A stretch of DNA of 64,000 bases from Candidatus Parcubacteria bacterium. GTDB lineage: Bacteria > Patescibacteriota > Minisyncoccia > Phycocordibacterales > UBA918. Position 1 is the first letter of the stretch. Every line of letters begins with the position of its first letter. The notes beneath the pieces are model-generated. The model did no database searches. It saw only the letters and a program-made list of their open reading frames with translations, and was not told the origin of the DNA. Location of the stretch: the NCBI GenBank assembly GCA_046050355.1, contig JBJOPW010000001.1, positions 3,858 to 67,857 on the forward strand, read 5' to 3'. Positions 9,391 through 19,085 of this stretch are shown piece by piece. The position numbers and the translations under genes were made by a program.

Positions 9391-10350
9391 TTATGCTGCA
9401 AGACTAAGGCCCATAGAAGCCAATAGTTCAATAATTTCTTCCACTCCTTTTGGCCCGATGCCATCGAGTGCGAGAATATCATCTTGTTTCTTTCGAACAA
9501 GGCCGCCAACAGTGCGAATACTCGCTGCTTCAAGTGCCTGCAATGTTCGTGAACTGAGCTCGAGGGTCTCGATTCGGGTCTTCAGTACTTCAGTATCGGG
9601 TTCTGCGGTTACCTCCGGGGCAACCACTTCAGGAGTAGCCGCGCTCGCTGGGGATTGATCCTGGAAACCGATTACTGCCTTCAACTGGTGAATCATGATT
9701 TCAATTGATTGCTCAAGTGCTTGACGAGGACTAATAGTCCCATCGGTTTCAATCATGAGTCGAAGACGATTGTAGTCGGTTCGATCACCCACGCGCATAT
9801 TCTCTACTTCGTAGTTAGCACGACGAATTGGTGTAAAGACAGCGTCAAGAGCGATGGTGCCGATTTCCACTTTATCCTTCTGGTGGACTTCACGTGGGAC
9901 ATAACCAAGACCTCGCTCAATGGTGATCTCCATATCGAGCACTGTACTTTTTTCTGTGATTTCAGCAATCGGCTGATCGGGGCTCAAAATTTCGATTTGA
10001 GAAGGAACGGTCATATGAGCAGCGGTAACAATACCAACTCCTGACTTCTTAAGAGTCACCTTAATTGGACCTTCACCGTGAAGCTTGAAGCGAACACGCT
10101 TAAGGTTGAGTAAGATCGTGACCACGTCTTCACGAACGCCAGCGATAGTGGCAAATTCATGAGGGACGCCTTCAATTTTGACTTGCGTAATTGTAGCACC
10201 AGGCAGTGACGCCAGAATGATGCGACGGAGTGAGTTTCCGAGAGTATGACCATACCCAGGGAAAAGACCATCAATCTCATAAATTCCCTGGAATTCTTCC
10301 TCTGAAACAACTCGTGGCTTTGATGGGAGGGTTACATTTGTTTCCAACAT
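9391..10350 (-). CDS. rpoA: DNA-directed RNA polymerase subunit alpha
   Basis: 319 aa with an N-terminal domain and a C-terminal HhH-like domain (ELSSRTLQALEAASIRTVGGL); sits in the rpsD-rpoA-rplQ context. Confidence 0.93.
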   Translation of the reverse strand: MLETNVTLPSKPRVVSEEEFQGIYEIDGLFPGYGHTLGNSLRRIILASLPGATITQVKIEGVPHEFATIAGVREDVVTILLNLKRVRFKLHGEGPIKVTLKKSGVGIVTAAHMTVPSQIEILSPDQPIAEITEKSTVLDMEITIERGLGYVPREVHQKDKVEIGTIALDAVFTPIRRANYEVENMRVGDRTDYNRLRLMIETDGTISPRQALEQSIEIMIHQLKAVIGFQDQSPASAATPEVVAPEVTAEPDTEVLKTRIETLELSSRTLQALEAASIRTVGGLVRKKQDDILALDGIGPKGVEEIIELLASMGLSLAA

Positions 10351-10392
10351 AATGTGTGTGATTACAACGTGACTAAAACGACGAGTGTTTCA

Positions 10393-11001
10393 TTAACGGC
10401 TATAGTACTCGAGGACCTGCTCTGCATCGAACATAAACTCCGCTGGCATATAATTGGCAGTACCAGTAACTGTACCTTGAAGGGCTTTCACATCAAAAGT
10501 GAGCCAGGCAGGAACAGAGAGTAGCTGATCTGACTCTTGGAGGCCAAGATACATCGCACTTCCCTTACTGCCTTCACGGACAGTCACCACATCACCTACC
10601 TTCACCTTGTGTGAAGGGATTGAGAGGCGGCGCCCATTCACGAGAATGTGGCCGTGGGCAACCATTTGGCGAGCAAAACGACGGGTTTTGGCAAGACCAA
10701 GACGGTAGACGACGTTATCGAGGCGTCCTTCGAGTCGTTCGATCAGCTTTGCAATTGGCTGGTGACCGCTCTCAAGTGCTTCGTTTACATAACGAGAGAG
10801 CTGCTTCTCGGTAATACCGTAAATAAAGCGCATCTTTTGCTTTTCGATGAGCTGCTTCTTAAAGTCACTTGCCTGCCCGGCCCCACGCTTGCGTGGACGC
10901 CCTGGACGTTGCTCAGAGAGTGCGAATTTTGCACTCTGAGTTTTTTCAAAGATTGGAGCACCGAGACGCTTCGCAATCTTGTATTTAGGACCAATTTTCA
11001 T
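10393..11001 (-). CDS. rpsD: 30S ribosomal protein S4
   Basis: MKIGPKYKIAKRLG..., an S4 domain and an RNA-binding motif. Confidence 0.93.
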   Translation of the reverse strand: MKIGPKYKIAKRLGAPIFEKTQSAKFALSEQRPGRPRKRGAGQASDFKKQLIEKQKMRFIYGITEKQLSRYVNEALESGHQPIAKLIERLEGRLDNVVYRLGLAKTRRFARQMVAHGHILVNGRRLSIPSHKVKVGDVVTVREGSKGSAMYLGLQESDQLLSVPAWLTFDVKALQGTVTGTANYMPAEFMFDAEQVLEYYSR

Positions 11002-11015
11002 ATGAGTGTTGGTGA

Positions 11016-11447
11016 TTAGATACGACGAGGCTTAGGTGGACGTGGACCATTAAATGGTACCGGCGTCATGTCGACGATGCGAGTAATACCGATGCCCTTG
11101 CCAGCAAAAGCGCGGAGTGCAGATTCACGACCTGCGCCCACACCACGGACAATGACTTCTGCGTCCTTCATACCCATCTGGGTGGCTTTTTCGCCGATGA
11201 TTTCGCCTACTTTTGCGGCTGCAAATGGTGTACTTTTGCGTGATCCCTTGAACCCAAGGGCGCCAGATGAGGCACTCATCACCGCGTTCCCTTTAGGGTC
11301 GCAGAGGGTTAAGAGGGTGTTATTAAAGGTGGCCAAAATGTTCAAGCGGCCAGTAGCTACTTTACGTTTTGGAATGCGGTTCAAGGCTCGTGAAGAACCT
11401 GCTACATCCGAGCCACCGCTCTTTTTCATGATTCGTTTCTTTCCCAT
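11016..11447 (-). CDS. rpsK: 30S ribosomal protein S11
   Basis: The C-terminal ...TPVPFNGPRPPKPRRI is an S11 signature. Confidence 0.93.
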   Translation of the reverse strand: MGKKRIMKKSGGSDVAGSSRALNRIPKRKVATGRLNILATFNNTLLTLCDPKGNAVMSASSGALGFKGSRKSTPFAAAKVGEIIGEKATQMGMKDAEVIVRGVGAGRESALRAFAGKGIGITRIVDMTPVPFNGPRPPKPRRI

Positions 11448-11478
11448 ATATTATAGACTGAATTACGAGAGACTTATT

Positions 11479-11856
11479 TTAAGTCTTTTCGAGCTTACGG
11501 CGACCACTACCCATCGTCTTCTTCACACCCTTGAGGGTACGAGCGTTGGTCTTGGTGCGCTGGCCACGGGCAGGTAGTCGCTTAGCATGACGTGAGCCAC
11601 GGTAGCTTTGGATGTCCTTGAGACGCTTAATATTGGCAGAAACCTCACGCTTAAGTTCTCCTTCGATAGTGAAGGACTCCACACTTTCACGGATGAGGTT
11701 TTCCTGTTCGGTGGTTAGATCAGTAGGTTTTACTGTCTCGTTGATCTTGTGCGAGGCAAGGATCTTTTTCGCGCGCGAAAGTCCAATGCCATAAACAGCG
11801 GTGAGACCATAGGCCAGCTGTTTATCGTCGGGGATTGTGATACCTGAAATACGCAT
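11479..11856 (-). CDS. rpsM: 30S ribosomal protein S13
   Basis: MRISGITIPDDKQLAYGLTAVYGIG... is a typical S13 start. Confidence 0.93.
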   Translation of the reverse strand: MRISGITIPDDKQLAYGLTAVYGIGLSRAKKILASHKINETVKPTDLTTEQENLIRESVESFTIEGELKREVSANIKRLKDIQSYRGSRHAKRLPARGQRTKTNARTLKGVKKTMGSGRRKLEKT

Positions 11857-11869
11857 ACACTGTTATTAA

Positions 11870-11986
11870 CTAGCCTTGTCGTTGTTTGTGACGTGGCTTC
11901 TTTTTATTAATTACGAAGACAACACCTCGTCGCTTGACGATGATGTCATCAGGACTCATCTTTTTGACTGATGAACGAACTTTCAT
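11870..11986 (-). CDS. rpmJ: 50S ribosomal protein L36 (non-zinc type)
   Basis: Not in the ORF track. The reverse strand encodes [38 protein letters not shown], 38 aa, sitting in the canonical infA-rpmJ-rpsM slot. Confidence 0.8.
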   Translation of the reverse strand: MKVRSSVKKMSPDDIIVKRRGVVFVINKKKPRHKQRQG

Positions 11987-11996
11987 GTTGTTCTTC

Positions 11997-12227
11997 TTAC
12001 ATTCTTTTACTAATACGTGCTTTGCCACCGTATGGGTCGATGATCATGCCAACCCGATCGCCAACAAGCACTCTGATTCTAAACCGTCGCATTTTACCAG
12101 CGAGATAGGCAATCTGTGATTCATTCGTATCGTCACGAATAACGCGGAAAAGCGCATTTGGGAGCGCTTCTTCCACTGTGCCGAAGACAAGGTCTTCACG
12201 AGAATTGTCGAGGTCTTGCTGATCCAT
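11997..12227 (-). CDS. infA: translation initiation factor IF-1
   Basis: S1-like OB fold; ...[36 protein letters not shown]... parallels the IF-1 consensus. Confidence 0.9.
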   Translation of the reverse strand: MDQQDLDNSREDLVFGTVEEALPNALFRVIRDDTNESQIAYLAGKMRRFRIRVLVGDRVGMIIDPYGGKARISKRM

Positions 12228-12280
12228 TTAGACGGGAGTGAGTGTAGCAAAAGAATAGCAATTCGTCAATAGATATAGGG

Positions 12281-13765
12281 TTAATTCTCCCCGATTTGCT
12301 CGGTAATCGTAATATCTTCGTGGTTATCAGGCATACCACGCTTCCAGATTGGTCGGATTTTCACCTCACTTTTTTCGATACCGGTGTAGCTTTTGAGTAT
12401 TTGTGGTATTGCAGTCTTTTCTTTATTAACGAGATCTAGTGCCAGTTTTCCTTCGTCCACCACCCAGACAATTTTTGGTACACCAACAATCTTGAAGCGG
12501 AGATTGTCTTCGTTGGCTAGGACACTTTGGCTGGTGGTGGCACTTTCGTAGGCGAAAGTCAGCAAATCAATATTATCAATCCGGACGGGATCGTTTTCGT
12601 AGCCGACGATTGTTTCTTTGGCGATAAAGGAAGCAAAATCACTAGCCTTAAATAGAGGCATCTGTAAGACCGCCTGTTCTTTTATGGTGACCAGTTTATC
12701 GCCGTACTGCACTGCAGGGAGTTGACTGTACACGATCGCTACCGAGTCTTTGAAAGTAGTGTAACCGGCCGGTCGTTCAGATTCGACACGGGCAAGGAGT
12801 GTATCGCGCAGTTCTGCTTGGAGACTCTGCCGTGCTGTCGCGAGAGCGTCTTCATTAATAATAAATTTCGGACCAGCAAAGCCATTGGTAAAGGCAGCTG
12901 TGTTCTTAGCACTGATAGCATTGTAGAGATCCATGTAGTTTCCTTCTTTGAAACCAGGTACTTTCATGTCCGTTCCTGCTTTGAGATTATATTTGTCACC
13001 TGCTTCGTCAGCAAAGACTTTTGCTCTGATGGTTCCGGGGACCGACTTCCCATCTACGGTTACTGCCCCTGGTACTACCACCGATTCTTCAATTCGAAAG
13101 ACCAGTCCATCAAGCGTTTCAAAGCGGGTGTTTTTAATGAGACGTTCAGCACCTGGGGTAATCTTCGTGATTTCAATTTCTCCCGTTGCTTGCACTTTGA
13201 CTTCCTCTTGACCACTCGCTTCGACTTGACGTTCACTAGTTGCTTCGAGGGTGAGAATTTCGTAACTGAGTTCTTCCGACTTCTCTTCTTTGTAGGCGGT
13301 GAAGGTAGCGTTAACATTTAACTCTTTAACTTTTGGATGGTAGGTCACTGTGGCGCCACCAGTGAGGTAGCTAATAAAAATACCCAAACCTGTAATCCCT
13401 AAAAAGAGAGCCGAAGCAATGATGAGGTGATGTCGACTTTTCTTTTTGCCATTTATAACGGGGATTTCATCATACGTCGTATCGACATCCTCAGGGGCAA
13501 AACTTGATGGTGTTGACGGTGGGAGGCTGTCTCGTTCACGCTGAGGCATGCGCATATCAACACCAACATTTGGCGTTGTGCGTACATCGCCGTGTCGAGT
13601 AGGAACCGATGTTGACTCGTTGCTAGTTGGACGATTAATTATTACCGGACGACTATCTGAACGTGGTCGACGCGGCTCGGTCGGACGAATGTCCTGGAGG
13701 TTCCATTTTTGTGTCATAGACTTTATACAGTATAGCGCTTTATAACTGCGTAAAGTCACTAGCAC
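12281..13765 (-). CDS. hypothetical bitopic membrane protein: Pro/Ser-rich cytoplasmic N-terminus, one TM, large extracytoplasmic domain
   Basis: 494 aa with a TM segment HLIIASALFLGITGLGIFISYL near residue 125. The start may instead be the Met at about 13717. It is co-oriented with and abuts the actin-like ATPase gene. Confidence 0.5.
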   Translation of the reverse strand: MLVTLRSYKALYCIKSMTQKWNLQDIRPTEPRRPRSDSRPVIINRPTSNESTSVPTRHGDVRTTPNVGVDMRMPQRERDSLPPSTPSSFAPEDVDTTYDEIPVINGKKKSRHHLIIASALFLGITGLGIFISYLTGGATVTYHPKVKELNVNATFTAYKEEKSEELSYEILTLEATSERQVEASGQEEVKVQATGEIEITKITPGAERLIKNTRFETLDGLVFRIEESVVVPGAVTVDGKSVPGTIRAKVFADEAGDKYNLKAGTDMKVPGFKEGNYMDLYNAISAKNTAAFTNGFAGPKFIINEDALATARQSLQAELRDTLLARVESERPAGYTTFKDSVAIVYSQLPAVQYGDKLVTIKEQAVLQMPLFKASDFASFIAKETIVGYENDPVRIDNIDLLTFAYESATTSQSVLANEDNLRFKIVGVPKIVWVVDEGKLALDLVNKEKTAIPQILKSYTGIEKSEVKIRPIWKRGMPDNHEDITITEQIGEN

Positions 13766-14990
13766 TACCCTGTTTGTGGAAAAACAAAGCGCTCATCAGG
13801 ACCCCAGTGTCAATATTACGCTTTAATAAGTCAATTTTTTGTTCTCCCGTGAACTGTGTCAGCATCAGCTCATGAGATAGGGTGTGAACCGTATGGGCGG
13901 AGTTGGTTGCTGCCTTGGCTGCGGCAGCTATGTAGTCATCAAAAAATCGTTCGTGTAGGTAACTACTATGCAAAAAGAGGATTTTAGGAATGGCGAGACT
14001 ATCTCCTGTCTCGTGAAATAGTGCCTCAAGTGCCTCTTGGTACTCGAGCATCAGGGCGGTTATTTGGTCTTTTTCAGTCGCGGTAACGGCATCAAGAGAG
14101 TCAGCATCATAGGCTCGTTTCAAAAGAGTCATGGCCTCACCCTCTGGGATATCAAGACGCGCGGCCAGATTACGTACCAATGTGTTGAGTCCGGTGGCGG
14201 TATACGTGGTGTACTGTAATGCACCACCACGGATAATGGCCAGCTCAGTAGCTTCGTACGTGAGATCAACCAAGCAGTATTCAGTCATATCAGGGTAGAG
14301 ATCCTTGATGGTGCTATGGAAGACGAGCATCGTTGAATACCGTTCAAGCTTGGTTTTGGTAAACATGCGCTGGCGTAAATCTTCAATTGCCCCTGTCATC
14401 AGACTTTGGGCTATTGCAGACACTTGTGTTACTGAAACCGTTGAGGCTATTTGGCCGATGGGGTCCATAGTTCGGTACCCATTGGCGGTGATATCAGTCG
14501 TAGCTCGGGTCATAATAGTCAGTCCAGAACCACGTTCTTTTTCACTTTCCGAGAGTGCTTCCATAGTACGTGCGTTCGCTTTTTCGGTGAGGGTTTCAAT
14601 CAGCGCGGCTGTGATAGTAAAGGGCACATCATTTTCGTACTCGATGATTTTGCTGATGGTATAAGCCCAGGGTGCTGTAATTGATACTTGTAAGGTGTCA
14701 ATTTTACGTCGTGGAAAATTGGCTTCAAGAGCTGCCCGTCCTTCGGTATCAAGGGCCATCATACTATTCATAAGCGCCGTAAGCATACTCTTGATACTAC
14801 GCGCAAAATCATAATCAATACCGATGGTAGCAAACTCACGATTGGCCCAGACAATAGTCGGTTGCTTGGCGCTGGCTGGTGAGACAACCACGGCTGTCAG
14901 TACACTACCTGAACCAATCTCAATGATGGCACCAATTTTTTCAGTGTCGTTATGCTGACCAAAGAGCTTCATGCATGAGTAGTATAGCAA
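13740..14990 (-). CDS. actin-fold (ASKHA) ATPase, FtsA/PilM-like
   Basis: N-terminal IGAIIEIGSGSVLTAVVV resembles the phosphate-1 loop of FtsA/PilM/Ppx-type proteins. A later CLVDLTYEATELAIIRGG resembles phosphate-2. 416 aa. Confidence 0.4.
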   Translation of the reverse strand: MLYYSCMKLFGQHNDTEKIGAIIEIGSGSVLTAVVVSPASAKQPTIVWANREFATIGIDYDFARSIKSMLTALMNSMMALDTEGRAALEANFPRRKIDTLQVSITAPWAYTISKIIEYENDVPFTITAALIETLTEKANARTMEALSESEKERGSGLTIMTRATTDITANGYRTMDPIGQIASTVSVTQVSAIAQSLMTGAIEDLRQRMFTKTKLERYSTMLVFHSTIKDLYPDMTEYCLVDLTYEATELAIIRGGALQYTTYTATGLNTLVRNLAARLDIPEGEAMTLLKRAYDADSLDAVTATEKDQITALMLEYQEALEALFHETGDSLAIPKILFLHSSYLHERFFDDYIAAAAKAATNSAHTVHTLSHELMLTQFTGEQKIDLLKRNIDTGVLMSALFFHKQGSASDFTQL

Positions 14991-15000
14991 GAATCTCGAT

Positions 15001-15040
15001 GAATATGGAATATAGAATATGGAATAGTGAATATGGAAAT
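15001..15040. repeat. three tandem copies of the 14-mer GAATATGGAATA(TA) immediately upstream (minus sense) of the FtsA/PilM-like gene
   Basis: Period-14 units start at 15001, 15015 and 15029. The same 14-mer recurs at 57810-57823, upstream of ddl. Confidence 0.8.
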
Positions 15041-15047
15041 TACAAAA

Positions 15048-15077
15048 GTAACCCGAAGTGCTAGCACTTCGGGTTAC
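15048..15077 (-). terminator. rho-independent terminator of alaS
   Basis: A perfect 14-bp stem, GTAACCCGAAGTGC-TA-GCACTTCGGGTTAC, followed on the minus strand by TTTTGTAATTT; 30 nt beyond the alaS stop. Confidence 0.7.
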
Positions 15078-15106
15078 TGTCTTCTTTATTTTATATTCAA
15101 TCTTCT

Positions 15107-17053
15107 CTATTCAAGAATCGCTTTGATGCGACGCACACCAGCCGAAGATGATTCTTCTTTGGTGATCTTAAACGTACCTTTGATGTCGGAGAGATCATCA
15201 ACGTGTGGGCCACCACAGAGTTCTTTGGATACCACCACCCCATCGTTTGTAGTCATAGTGTAGACCTTTACCTCATCCGGGTAGCGGTCCCAGAACGAGG
15301 CTTCGATAGTGGGGTCGTTTTGGGCATCAACTTTGCTCATCATGCTGATCGTGACCGGGCCTCCCTGCTTGATAGCATCGTTCACGTAGGTCTCGACTTG
15401 ACGAAGCGCTTCGTCAGAAATCTTATCGGGATGGGTGACATCGTAGCGGAGGCGTTCGCCAGTAATATTACTCCCGGCTTGGTGGACGTGGGTTCCGAGT
15501 ACCTGTCGGAGTCCTGCGAGCATGAGGTGGGTGGCCGTATGGTATTGCACGACAATCTCAGATTGGTCGGCGAGGCCACCCTTAAACTTCTGTTCTGCGC
15601 CAGCCCGGCTTTTGGCCCGGTGCTCTTCCATCAGCTTTTCAAAGCCGGCACGCTCAACGACGAGTCCTTTTTCAGCCGCAATTTCTTCCGTCAGTTCAAT
15701 CGGGAAACCGTAGGTGGTGTAGAGATCAAAGGCTTTTTCGGCATTAATCGCCTGCTTGGTGACCGGCGCGATGTCACGGTCAATCACCTTCTGTCCATCA
15801 ACTTCCTTGCTCGTGAGGTGGATTTGGAGGGAAACCTTGTTAAATTGTTTGAGCCCTGCTTCGAGGGTCTTGCGGAACTGTTCTTCTTCACGACTGATAG
15901 CCGCCTTGATATCACCGCGCTTTTCACCCAAGTTTGGATAATGAGCTTCGTAGGTTGAAATCACACTCTCCGCTAATTCAGCAAATTTACCGGCTGGGAT
16001 ACCAATTTTGTCGGCATAGCGCACCGCGCGACGGAGGAGGCGGCGGACAAAGTATCCTTGTTGATCATTACTTGGATACACGCCATCACCAATCATAAAG
16101 ACGGCTCCACGGATGTGGTCAGTAATGACACGAAAGGCTACTTCGTTGCCGGCATAGAGCTGACCTGAGAGAGAAGCAATCTGTTTTACTACCGTATGGA
16201 GCAAATCTACATGGAAAACGTCTGGATTCCCGACCTTCGCGGCGGCGATACGTTCGAGTCCACCACCAAAATCCACATTACGCTGGGGGAGCTTCGCAAA
16301 ACTACCATCCTCCTGCTTGATGTACTCAATAAACACCGAGTTACCGATTTCTAGGAATTGTCCGGAGTCACTATTCGGGTGTGCTGCCTGAGTACCATAG
16401 ACCGGATGGGTCGCATGTTCTGGGCCAAAGTCATAAAAGACTTCACTGTCTGGTCCACCAATTTCGCCAGCTGGCATATTACTTGGCTTGCCACTACGAC
16501 TCCACCAATTTTTGCCGGCGTCATAGTAGAAGATGCGACCACCTTGCATACCAACTTCGTAGCCATCTTCTTCACTGCCGATAAAGACGTCTTTCGCTTC
16601 AATACCGCGTTCGGCAAAAAGTTCTTTCCAAATGGCCACTGATTCATCATCACGTGGAATACCAAGTGCTTCGTCTCCGGCAAAGACAGTTACGTAAATA
16701 CGAGCCGGATCAAGCCCGACTTCATCAACGAGGAAGGTGAAGAACCACCGGAGTTGTTCCTTTTTGAAGTAGTCACCAAGTGACCAGTTACCAAGCATTT
16801 CAAAGAAGGTGGTGTGACGATTGTCCCCTACTTCTTCGATGTCATTCGCCCGAAAACACTTCTGCGAGTCAGCGAGACGGGTACCCATCGCATGCTTTTC
16901 ACCCATAAGGTATGGGATGAGTGGCTGCATCCCGCTGCCGGTGAAGAGCGTGGTCGGGTCATTTTCCGGTACGAGCGCGGCAGACGGAATAACCGCATGA
17001 CCATTTTTGGCCATGAAGTCTAAATACCGCTGTCTGATCTCATTTCCACTCAT
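15107..17053 (-). CDS. alaS: alanine--tRNA ligase (catalytic, tRNA-recognition and editing domains; lacks the C-terminal C-Ala domain)
   Basis: N-terminal IRQRYLDFMAKNGHAVIPSAALVPENDPTTLFTGSGM; editing-domain motifs HTATHLMLAGLRQVLG and CGGPHV. At 648 aa it is about 220 aa shorter than canonical AlaRS. Confidence 0.9.
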   Translation of the reverse strand: MSGNEIRQRYLDFMAKNGHAVIPSAALVPENDPTTLFTGSGMQPLIPYLMGEKHAMGTRLADSQKCFRANDIEEVGDNRHTTFFEMLGNWSLGDYFKKEQLRWFFTFLVDEVGLDPARIYVTVFAGDEALGIPRDDESVAIWKELFAERGIEAKDVFIGSEEDGYEVGMQGGRIFYYDAGKNWWSRSGKPSNMPAGEIGGPDSEVFYDFGPEHATHPVYGTQAAHPNSDSGQFLEIGNSVFIEYIKQEDGSFAKLPQRNVDFGGGLERIAAAKVGNPDVFHVDLLHTVVKQIASLSGQLYAGNEVAFRVITDHIRGAVFMIGDGVYPSNDQQGYFVRRLLRRAVRYADKIGIPAGKFAELAESVISTYEAHYPNLGEKRGDIKAAISREEEQFRKTLEAGLKQFNKVSLQIHLTSKEVDGQKVIDRDIAPVTKQAINAEKAFDLYTTYGFPIELTEEIAAEKGLVVERAGFEKLMEEHRAKSRAGAEQKFKGGLADQSEIVVQYHTATHLMLAGLRQVLGTHVHQAGSNITGERLRYDVTHPDKISDEALRQVETYVNDAIKQGGPVTISMMSKVDAQNDPTIEASFWDRYPDEVKVYTMTTNDGVVVSKELCGGPHVDDLSDIKGTFKITKEESSSAGVRRIKAILE

Positions 17054-17225
17054 ATAAAAAGCTTTAGATTGATAGATTCATACTATACCAAATAAATCGC
17101 GCTTGGCGAGGAGGTATGGTTTTCCGTTTGTGTAGCAAAAACCTTCGTCCTAAATACTACCATATATGATAGTATTTAAATGATGGAATTTTTGGGCTGT
17201 CATCAAAATCACGGTCGTACCTTCC

Positions 17226-19085
17226 CTATTTTTTACTTTGTTTCTTCGCAAGCTTGGCGAAGGTTTTGATGTCCGCTTCGAGTTTCGTGAGCGCAGCTTC
17301 GAAGGTGGCGGCCTTCGTGGTATCGATACCAGCGTCTTTGTAGATGTCTTTGATGAGTTTTGATTCGCCTGAAGTAAGGAATTGGTCAATCTTCGCACCA
17401 TAGGCACGATCGGCGCGGAAGCGAGCCGCCATGATACTGCTCATCATAAGGCCATAGGCGTAGCTGTAGGTGTAAAAGCCCATACGGAGGTGTGAGACGT
17501 ACACATAGGTGTAGCCATCGTCAGGGGTCAATTTGACGCCTTTCCCAAGATACGCAGCGAGGTGCTTGTTCATGAGGGTCGCGTACTCCTCTTTAGTGAG
17601 GCCACCTTCGCGCATCACTGACTCGTGGATATCAAGTTCAGCATTAAAGAAGGCAATCTGGCGCTGGATGGTCGAGATATCACGGAGGATGCGGTCATGA
17701 AGCAAGACAAACTGCGTATGCTCGTCCATCTGCGCATACACAGCGTCAAACACCAAGTTTTCAAACAAAGTACTCGCGGTCTCGGCGGTCACAATTGAGT
17801 GTCCGTCATAAAACGGCGACTGCCCATCCATGCTCCGGCGGGCATGGATGGCGTGACCCATCTCGTGGGCGAGGGTCTCAAGTGATTTGAAGTCGGTGAC
17901 GTGATTGAGAAAGACATTGATTGGTTGTCCACTCTGCGCTGACATAAAGGCGCCACCCGATTTACCACTCTTGGGCCAGACATCAATTTGTCCCTGCGTT
18001 AACATGGTGTCAAAGAGTTCACCGTAGCGCGGGTTTACGTCATAAAAGACATCGCGACAAATAGCGACCGCATCGGGAAAAGAGATTTTTACATCTTCAC
18101 CAATTGACTCGTTGCGCTGACTATAATCGAGGTGTGCTACGCCATGATACTTCGCCTTGAGTTCATAGAACTTACGGCTGAGGGCAAAGCCCTTCTTCCC
18201 CACTACCTCACGGAGCGTGGTGAGGGCTTCTTCAGTATCTTGGTAGCTCTGTACAGTCGCACTGTATGGATGTTTGTAGCCGCGGATATCGTCTTCGGTA
18301 CGGGCATCGGTCACAATGGCGTTCATCTCGTGCTCGGCCACTTCACTGATCTGTACGAGTTCTTTGGTAATCAATGCCCAGAGCTTTGGCTTGTCGGCAA
18401 ACTTCTGCACGTTGATAAGCTCGATAGCTTCAGGAATCGCCGCGCGCTTCCCTTTCCAGGTGATGTGACGGTCGGTGATGATTTTGTCGACCATATCAAC
18501 CCAGCGACCACTGGCCTGACGGCTCTTGAGACTAACAATTTTTTCTTCGGCTTCACTGAGGTGATGGGCAGCGCCGACAAATAGTCGCTCGAGGTAATAG
18601 TGGTACGAGGCGAGCTTTGGATCTTTAAGCAGTTGTTTTTGCGTCGCTTTAGGAATCTTCCCCAGTTCAAGCGGAAAAAAGAGTGTCTCATCGCTGGCCT
18701 TACGGAGGCGATTTTGGATCAGTGAAAGTTGCTTGGTGGCATTGGTATCTTTGGTATCGACGCAGGAGCGGAGCCAGAAGTAACGGGTAGCCCGTGAGTA
18801 GGTCGGATTCCCGGCCATGCCCTCACTCTCTTTGAGGGCCGCTAAGAGAAGGTCGGTGTTGGTGGCAAAGGCTTTGCCCCGCCATTTTTTGGCAAAGCTA
18901 CGATAAGCCGCTTCAGTCGCGGCGACATCTTTTTCAATCTGCGGGTCTTTGCTATTTTTGTAGTACAAAGAAAAGTCCCATGATTCTTTTATAGTCACGG
19001 GCTGGCGACTCACGGTAGGGGTGTATTTAAAACTCTTTTTCTTGGGATTTTTGGACGGCATAGATAAATTCTTTGTAACTTTCAA
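17226..19085 (-). CDS. pepF: oligoendopeptidase F, M3B family
   Basis: HEMGH zinc motif in an M3-like context (LAHEMGHAIHARRS...); about 620 aa. Confidence 0.8.
   Translation of the reverse strand: MKVTKNLSMPSKNPKKKSFKYTPTVSRQPVTIKESWDFSLYYKNSKDPQIEKDVAATEAAYRSFAKKWRGKAFATNTDLLLAALKESEGMAGNPTYSRATRYFWLRSCVDTKDTNATKQLSLIQNRLRKASDETLFFPLELGKIPKATQKQLLKDPKLASYHYYLERLFVGAAHHLSEAEEKIVSLKSRQASGRWVDMVDKIITDRHITWKGKRAAIPEAIELINVQKFADKPKLWALITKELVQISEVAEHEMNAIVTDARTEDDIRGYKHPYSATVQSYQDTEEALTTLREVVGKKGFALSRKFYELKAKYHGVAHLDYSQRNESIGEDVKISFPDAVAICRDVFYDVNPRYGELFDTMLTQGQIDVWPKSGKSGGAFMSAQSGQPINVFLNHVTDFKSLETLAHEMGHAIHARRSMDGQSPFYDGHSIVTAETASTLFENLVFDAVYAQMDEHTQFVLLHDRILRDISTIQRQIAFFNAELDIHESVMREGGLTKEEYATLMNKHLAAYLGKGVKLTPDDGYTYVYVSHLRMGFYTYSYAYGLMMSSIMAARFRADRAYGAKIDQFLTSGESKLIKDIYKDAGIDTTKAATFEAALTKLEADIKTFAKLAKKQSKK

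Noticed and set aside
19027-19085. 59-nt overlap between pepF and the HD-domain gene as evidence of a frameshift or fusion
   Set aside because: The frames differ and both proteins have complete domains. It is more likely that the pepF start is mis-called, or a genuine overlap.
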